Virus record (IMG/VR): IMGVR_UViG_3300042364_000900
DNA: 64,000 nucleotides
From: an uncultured virus (IMG/VR IMGVR_UViG_3300042364_000900)
Lineage: Duplodnaviria; Heunggongvirae; Uroviricota; Caudoviricetes
Direction: 5' to 3' (one strand)
Below, one piece after another: positions 37,825 through 46,800 of the stretch. The notes under the pieces were generated by a model. That model saw nothing but the letters and a program-made list of their open reading frames with translations, was not told where the DNA came from and made no database searches. A program made the position numbers and the translations under genes. Each line of letters opens with the position of its first letter. Positions within the stretch are counted from its first letter, which is position 1.

Positions 37825-40800
37825 GTGCTCGTTTTGGCTGAATCAGAGCGTTACGGCTTATTTGCATCCTTCCGGTTTGATGCCGGAACCCAGGATTTTG
37901 CCGCGATGAACCGGGTGGTTGCCGGGTTGCGCGGTATTGAGGAGGCTGCCCGGACAACTGAGCAATCACTTCAATCAGCCCGGTTGGGGCAGGAGGTGCG
38001 GCGGCAGATGCGTTCTGCTGCGGGATCTACCGCGACGCTGGAGAGACCTCTCAAAACCCTGCGGCAGGAATTTAGGGCACTTCGGGCAGAGTCTCGGAAT
38101 ATTGATTTTGGGGAGTTGGGGGACACCCGGCAGTTTAAGGCCGCGACCCAACAGGTGCATCAATACGTGGATGCGCTGGAATCTTTGGGTAACCAGATTG
38201 AGCACAACACATCGTTGGAGCGTGAGTTTGCCGCTGTAGTGAAGCGCCAGCAGCGGATCGCTCAAGAGCGAATCGATATGGCGGAGCAACAGCGGAAAGC
38301 AGCTGTTGCTGCCCAACGGCTCGCGGGTGCCCAGGCGGTTCAGCAGATCGGGCAAGCAGTGGCGGCTCCCTTGGGGGCAATGGGGCGCGACAGTATCAAG
38401 ATCCTGTCGGACTTCAATGATCAGATGGCTCAGGTTAAGGCCGTGAGCGACATGACCGCCCGAGAACTCGAAACCGTTCGGAACCGGGCGAAAGAGTTGG
38501 GGGCCAGCACGCGGTTCAGTGCATCGGAGGCAGCATCAGGGTTTGTGCTGCTGGCGCAGGCCGGATATGAAGTAGAAGATCAGCTGCGGGCGATCGACGG
38601 CACCCTCAACCTGGCGTCTGCCGGAAATCTGGATCTTGCGCGAGCCACTGAAATTACAGTCAGCACGCTGGGGCAGTTCCAACTGGAAGCAGATAAAGCC
38701 TCCCACGCGGCCAACGTCCTGGCGATGGCGGCGGCGATGGGGCAGCTCGACGTTTCTGATATTGGGGAATCCCTGAAGTACGCCGGTGTCAGTGCGAAGC
38801 GGGCGGGGTTATCGCTGGAGCAGACCGCCTCCATGCTGGCGCTGCTGTCCGAGGGTGGCCTCAAGGGTGAGATGGCCGGATCGGCGCTGGGGCAAATGTT
38901 GGATGGACTGGTCGCGCCTGCCAGCACTGGCGCGGCTGCCCTGGCGAACTTGGGGGTCCAGACCACCGATGCAACCGGAAAGTTGCTGCCCTACGAAAAG
39001 ATTCTTGGCAGAACCATCGAAGCGCTGTCCAAAGTGTCGGACGAATCGGAACGGGCATCAATCCAAAACAAAATCTTTGGGGTCGTGGGCGGGAGAGCCG
39101 CTGGAATCCTGACGCCGCGCTACGAAAGAATTGCCAAGGCGACAGCCGAGATCGGGAAGTCTGCTGACGCGGGGGTCGGAGCCGCGATCAAACAGTCCCG
39201 CATCATGGAAGACACCCTTGGGGGGTCATTCCGCAACTTCAGTTCCGCAATGGAAGGGCTGAAGATCTCCCTGGTGGAACCGCTGGAGCCGATCATCAGG
39301 GCGATCATCGATACGGGTTCCGCTGTCGCAAGTTTCTTTGCGGGTCTGCCAGGGCCAATCCGGGGGGTCATCAGTGTCGGGATGGGGCTGACGTTTGTTC
39401 TGGCTGGCCTGTCGGCGGCGATCGCCACCGTTGGGATTGCGGCGTTCGGGATGCAGCAGGCGGCTGCCACGTCTTCGGTGGGGTTGCTGGCCCTCAGGAG
39501 TAGCGCGATTCCCCTGACGGGATTTTTCCAGACCGCAATGGGGGCATTTTCCGCGAGTGGATTGGCTGGTCTGCGGCGGTTCGCTGCGGATCTGACTTTA
39601 TTGCCTGGTCCACTCGGCCAGGTGATGGTCCTGATCCGAGGTGTCGGGATGGCGATCGCGACGACTCCGTTCGGAATGGCGATCGCCGGGTTTGCTGCCC
39701 TGCTGGCGCTGGCGGAAGTCCTGACCCCAGGGTTTGACCTGTTGGGCACAACCATAACGTTGCTGGTCGCGCCATTCCGTATCCTCGGGGGTCTGGCGAG
39801 TGGGGTTCTCCAGGGATTTGGTGCCGCCATCGACGAAATTTCCGGCCAGAGGCTCAGTCCAGTTGCCCAGGAATTTGCTGAATTTGCCAAAGGATTGATC
39901 GATCAAATCGATTCCCTGGAGATGTCGGCTAATTCGCTGGGGCAATCCATCGGGAAAGCGATCGCCAAGGGCCTTGCTCCGCTGTTCACCGTTCAGGCCG
40001 CGATATCCAGAGCGATTTTCTCGATTTGGCGCGGTACCATCACGGCGATTACCCATGCGTTTGATCCATTGCTGCGGTTTGCTCGATGGGTCGGGAATAT
40101 GCTGGTCAGCTCTCTGGCCGAAAACTCCCCTGGCCCTACCGCGCAGATCCGGCAGCGTTGGGACGAGACGGTGCAGCATGTCCAGGATGTCATGGGGCAA
40201 CTGGTTGGGACAGCGCAACAGGTTGGTCAAGCGGTGTGGCAGGCATTCAGTTGGGTTGCCGAGGGTGTTGCACGTCTGTTTCGGGAAGTCTTTGGCCACT
40301 TGCTGGTCAGTCGATTGGTCAAGCAAACAGATGTCTTGGGGGTCCGGATCCATAACCGGGTCTTTGGGCTTTTGAACGATATCCTGACGCTCCCGGTGGA
40401 GCTAGGTAGTCCGGCGACCATGTTTTTTGACGGCCTATTGGCTCGCCTGACCGTCGTGGAAGAGGTATTGGTGGCGATCGCTCCGGCTATGCGGATTGCC
40501 CTGACCGGGATAATTCCCGTAACGCTTCAGTCGCAGATCGTTGATCTAAACAACTCGCTCCTTAACTACATCCGAAGCCTTGGGGGAGTCGAAGGGGTTG
40601 TCATGCGTTCAGTTGGGTCGTTTGATCTACTCCTGAAGGTTGCGTCGTTTTTGTTCAAGGCGATGGCGCGATACCCCGGCCTAATGGCTGGGTTGCGCCA
40701 GGGCTTGACGGTGCTCGGCAGATTTGCTGGTTTGGCGGGACTGATTTTATCGCTTGCCGATTCCTTAAGGACGCTCTCGTTTTTGGCCCAAGGACTCCAG

Positions 40801-43800
40801 CGTGTCCTTGCGAACATGGGGGTTCCGTCCGGATGGCTCGATCCGGTGATCACGGGGCTAAACCAGACTATCCAGGCGGTCCAGAATGCCCGACAGGCAT
40901 TCGTTGGATTTGCCCGCAGTATTCTGTATGGCGATTGGGGTTCTGCGGCGCAACAGTTCAGTTCCGCCTGGACTGATTCGATTGCGCTGGTTCAGCGGAT
41001 GCTTGGCAGCCCGCTCCTGGCGGATCTACAAGTGTTCTCACCAGGGTCGATGAAATCGGTTCTGGACGATCAAAAAACTTGGATAAATTCGCTTCAGGCG
41101 GATGTGTCGCTGGCGATCGCGAATCCAATCGTGTTGTTGGCGGCGGGCATCAAGGCCGGGAAGTCACTGGGGAAAGCGATCACCACTGGTTTGGTCAAGC
41201 AGATCGATGGGGTGGCCAAGAAATTTGTTTCTGACTTCTCCACTAAGTTAAATGCAACGTCTGGGGCAGCGCTGTCAGTTGCCCTCCTGAGTCTGTTTTT
41301 CGCTCCGGCAGGCATCCCCCGGTTGATTGCGGGGTTTGCACCGGCTCTAGTGGTTGCCCTGACGAACAGCGGTGTGCTGCAGAAAGTTCAGGCATGGATA
41401 GTTAAAGGGTTCGGCGGTCTGCTGGAGAGGGTAGATCAGGCTTTCGGGCGACAGGAATGGCTCCATCGATTGGGAGAAGCGTTCGGCCTGCTTGATGTAA
41501 TCGCCAAGGGCACCGGTACCGTGATCGATACCCTGGCGAAGAGTATGTCGGTGCGGTTGGGAGCGGCGATCGCGATTGTGTCGCCAACCGTACAGTCATT
41601 GATCAATAGCCTCAAGGAGATCTATCAAATCGGTGGCGTCCCGGCAGTCCTGCAGAACCTCCAGGTGATTACTCGGCCCTTGGCGCTGGCGCTTCAGCAA
41701 ATTGCCTCATCGATCCAGCAGATGGGGACTGCCCTGGCTGGCCTTGCGGCTACATCTCCGCTGTTCCGGCAATTAATGGCAAGCGTCGGGACAGCAGCTA
41801 ATCTCCTGATGCGGATCCCGCTGGTAGAGCAGCTTGGGGCATTTGCTGTATCGATGGGGTTAGGTAGGCGATTGATGGGGATGGGGCAGTCTGCTGTTTC
41901 GACCGCGCAGCAAGGCGGCAAGGTTGCGATTAATGGAATGCAACAGGTGATCCAGTTGATGCTCTGGATCGGGCAGGGGGTCTATCAAATCGCGGAACCT
42001 GGGGGTACCTCCCTCAAGAAAGTGCCGAGTTTGCTGAGCCGCATCCTGGGGGTTGCGTCCAAGATCCTGAATCCTCTCCCGGCACTGGTGGGGTTAAGCG
42101 GAAAAGCAACCGATGCAGGTGGGATTCCACGGATCACCCCGGTCGATATTTTGTCCCAGTTCCTGCCGGAATTTCTGATTCCCGCGACCGAAAAGGCGAT
42201 CGCCGGGACAAAAGTCAGGAAGATTCTGGCAGCTCGACAACCGGGGTTTGAGGAATTTGATCCATTCAAGCAACGGGAACTGGTTGGACGGTACGTTGAG
42301 CGATTATCGAATCCGCTGGGGCTGATCAATACCCCGCTGTTTGGTCCGGTCGTGATGGCCAGCATCGAGCTGGTCGGCGGTAGCCTATTGGGCCTGATCG
42401 CTACCATCGGGTTGGCAGCGGGTGCCCTCTATGTCTTTAAGCCAGAATTAGCCAAACCGCTGGCCGGATTTTTCCAGGTCCTAGCCAAGGGGGTCGTCGG
42501 GTTAGCCTTTGTCCTGGTGCAGTTGGGCCATTCAAGCCGGGATGCTGCTGATTCGATCGATGTCCTGGGGCTAAAGCTGAAGGCTCCAGGGTGGGCGATC
42601 GCCACCAGCAAGGCCCTGAATGCCATGATTCGGGCTGTCGGGGCCGTCGCGGTTGCGTTTACCCAGGTGGTTGATTTTGCCTTGGGGATTGTCCCGACCC
42701 TCATCCGCTCCACTCTGTTGCTGGTCCCGATTGCCTTCATCGGGATAACGAAGCTCATGCTCCAGGCGATCCAGGGGGTACTGCGCCGCGTCCGCGACGA
42801 TACCAAGCGCCTGGGTGACGCGATTGTCGCGGGGGTACGGCAGGGTGATTGGTCGCAGCTCGGCAGCATCCTGAAGGAAGCGTTCATGAATGCCCTGAAC
42901 GTGACGCTAATCCCGATCGCCCGGTTAGTTAAGTACATCGCGTGGGATTTGATCATCTCGCCAATCGCTTCTGCTGTTTGGTGGGGCCTCACGACTGTCG
43001 GGAATGCGATCGGCAGCGTGCTGCTCCACCCAATTCGCACCATCAATTTCCTGGTGAACGCCATCAAAGCTATCGGGGTCGCGGTTGCGTCGATCCGGCT
43101 GGTGGGCTTGCTCCAGGCATTCACGAGGGTCAGCACCGTCGTTTATGAGTTCGAGTCAGCGGTTGGCACCACCGGGGTAGCGATCGCCGCCATCGCTACA
43201 GTTGCTTCGGTTGCACTTGACCCCATCATTGCCCTGGTGATGGGGGCGGTGGTGGCGATCGGGGTGTTGGTCCAGAGTTACCGCGACAACTTCAGTGTGC
43301 TGACTGCGGTGATCAACGGCCTCCAGTGGGCGATTAGTTCCCTGCAGGAACGCATGGCGACCCTAGTCCAGGTCTTCGCCACCCCGATCAAGCCGCTTGA
43401 TTGGTTGTTCAGCCCCATTGCCAACTTCCTGTCGGGTGCAGGTGATAAGTTTGTCCAGTGGTTCCCAACCATCCTGGCGGCATTCGTTGGGTTGCAGGTG
43501 GCTCGTAAGGGTCTGGTTGGTGGATTCGTATCGGCATTCTCGATCATCGCGAAAGCTATCCTGTCGGTTGTCTCGGCTATCTCGCAGGCGATCACCGGGA
43601 TGATCCGGCTGGGTGGAAAAACTCGGGAGTTCAGCCAGACTCTTGAGGGTGAGGTGATGATTGAGCAAGCCCGCAGGGTAGGGCGTCGGGCAGGGCAGCG
43701 GTTTGGTCTGTTCCAAAGTAACGAACCCCAGGCAATCCAGGCGGAGCGAGATCAGCAGTTTTTGGAGAAATCGGCGATCGTCCGGTTCAGAAAATCGGTC

Positions 43801-46800
43801 CAGCAGACTTTGAAAAAAACGGGTGGCTCCCTTGAGTCAATTTCGGAAGAGGTGCTCCAGCAACTCGCGGCAAAATCCCGCCTCGACACATCTGGCGTCC
43901 CAGGGGTTGTGCCGCTGCGGGAACTGGCGGCACGGGATAGCGGCCAGTTGGAAGAGATCCGAGACCTCTATCAGCAAAACATCGACAACCTCAAGACCGC
44001 CGACATGCGTGCCCAGACCGTTACGCTTGTGTCGGACAAGGTTGAGGCGTCGAACGTGGTGTCGATCACCCGTGGGACCACCCGAAAGCTTTCAACTCCA
44101 GAGGATGTCTCGTCGCTGCGGTTTGGCGCAGCAGAACTCCGGGCATTGGCGAATATGCCGGGTGGTGAGAGGCTCCGGTCGGGAGCAGGGCTATCACAGG
44201 AAGCCAGCAGGTTAGAAACAACCCTTGGGGAGGCAGCCAAGCGGCTCGAAGATATCCCTCTCTCGGTACTGAAGAATCTGGCACAGGCCGTTGGGGTCTA
44301 CCAACCTCGAACCAGCCGCGACGAAGATTACCGCTTCCTCAATACCTACAAGGATCAACTCGATAAACAGGGATTGCCAGGTGTCCAGAAGCAACTCCTG
44401 ATGCTCCAGATCCTGGCCAGGACTGACCAGATCCCAACCCCACAGGAGCTTACCAAAGGGATCGTGAGCGCGGAGGAGGCCCTGAAGGCAATCCACGGGG
44501 CACTGGAGCACCTGTACCGTGCCGCCAATGTCAAAGGCGAGGGTCAGGCGGATGCATTCAACCAGATGGCGATCGATACCTTGAGGGGGCAACTTCCGTT
44601 CCTAACGAACCAGGATGTCGCCAACGTTATCTCGCTCCTGGACAAAAACCCGAATCCAGACCGCATCATGATGGCGTTGCAGCAGGTCCTGGACACTCAG
44701 GTTGATCTGTTCCTGCAGGACAGCCCAATCTTCACGCCGGTGCAAGAAGCAGCCCAGAAGATGGAACAGGTGATCCAAACGACCGCCACCGAGGCGATCG
44801 CCCAGATGCCGAAGGGTGGGCTGTGGGCAGGGTTAGGTAAGCGATTGAAGGTCGCGGTCCATGATTTTATGGATAGCGACAGGGTTAGATCCTTTATCGA
44901 AAACCGGCAGGAGCAGAAACAGCAACGGCAAATCGCCGCCATGACGGAACAGCGGCGCATGAGGGTTGCGGCAATCCAGCGAAATTCTGGGGCATCGAAC
45001 CAGCTGGACTTCCTCCGGCGCATCGGGGCGATTCAAGACCCCACCACCCAGATACTGGAGCAACGGCAACGACCAGTCCCGTCAGCGCCATCGTCTCTAC
45101 CGCCTGCTCCGCCACCACCGCGCGAGTACCCGATGCTGCCGGATCCGTGGGAAGAAACCGAAGCTGAGCGCTTCTTCAAGGGCCTCGCGAGATTCACGCG
45201 ATCGCTTCGACGGCAGATTCCTGAGGTTTCGGAGCAAACGGTTGAATTCTTCCGAACCATCAACCGCGACGGCGAGCGATCGCTGGAGCGGGTCAATGTT
45301 GTGCCGCTGTACCGCAGGATGTTAATGGGGGCGGCAGGGGGCGCGCGTCAGGCTCTGAACCAGGCCGCAACCCTCTTCGATCGGCGTGCTGGCATTAAGC
45401 CCCCGGAGATTTTGCAAAAGCCATCAGGAGAAAGCCCCCGTATCGCTGGATTATTGCCTGCTGCCCGTGAACCTGTAGCGCCAAGTCAACCTGGTGGCAA
45501 TATTCAAAATCCTTTCAAGGAAATTGAGCGCGGCATTTGGATGTTTGGAACATTTTACTCTACCGACAAGATTAAGTCGGCATGGAAGCGTACCAGTGAT
45601 GTGATTCAGAACGGTATCTGGCCCCGATTGGTAAATTCCGCCAAGCAAGTCGGGCGAAAAATCCTGTCGTATATCGCCGAGAACTCACCCGGTCCCACGG
45701 CGCAAATCCGGCAGCGCTATCACGAAACTGCCGATTCAGTTGTGGCGGATATGCACCACATGGAAGCTGCTGCTGCCCGGACTGGTCAGAAGATTAAGCA
45801 CTCGCTGGTCGGTGGAGTCGGTAGGGCCGGGGTTGCTATTTTCGGGGCGCTAAGCGCTACCGGGTTCGCCACCCAATCGATCGCATCTTCACTCTCGACC
45901 CTGGGGATCCTGGACGAATCGACGAGTGATGCGCTGTTCAAATTCACAGAGCTATTCTCTATCGTGGGGGCAGTCGGGAGTCTGGCGGCTCCATTGTTCG
46001 GGGCGGTAGCGGCGACGTTAGGGGCACTTATCCCGATCATCACGACCGTCGGGGGGGCGATCGCAACGTTCCTGATTGGACCCATTGGGTTGGCGAGTGG
46101 CGCGATAATCGGATCCCTCCTGCTGATCAATGAAGCAACGAAGCGGCTGTTCGGCATCGACTTCATCGCACCTGTCGTCGGTCGTGTCATGATGATGGCG
46201 AACGCCATCAGACAACCGCTCGATTGGGCCGCCAACTGGATTGAAGCTCGCTGGCAACAGTTCCGCGATCGCTTTGCCCCGATCCTCGCCCCCATTGTTG
46301 AGCCAGCCCTGGAGGTAGCGCAACAGCTGATCAATGCCCTGAACCACAACCCGACCGAGGTAATCCCGCTGGCATGGGAGGAAGCGGTTCAGCGGATTAT
46401 TGGATGGATTTCGCAACTACCGGGAATCGGCGAGTGGGCCGCGAAACAGCTCAACAAGGTGATGCAACCTGGAGGAGTCTTGTCTCGCTGGGGCGCAACG
46501 GTGAAGCGCTGGTTCAGCGACCTGAAACAATCTCCCGATGGTGCCGTGATTGCCCCGACCAAGAAAGAACTTCCTCCGCTCCCGCCCCCCCCGAAGGTGA
46601 CAGCAGCGGAACAATGGGGCGACATGATGACGGCGCTACAGCGCAGTGGTGATCCATCTCAGGTCTTGACCCCTGGGTTGGATCAGGCAACTTACGGGTT
46701 CCAGTTCTTGCTGAAATCGGCACGACAGTTCGGTGAAGAATCCGGTGCTGCATTGAAGCGGCTCGACTTTGGGGCGCTCACCGGATCAGCCAAAGCGTTT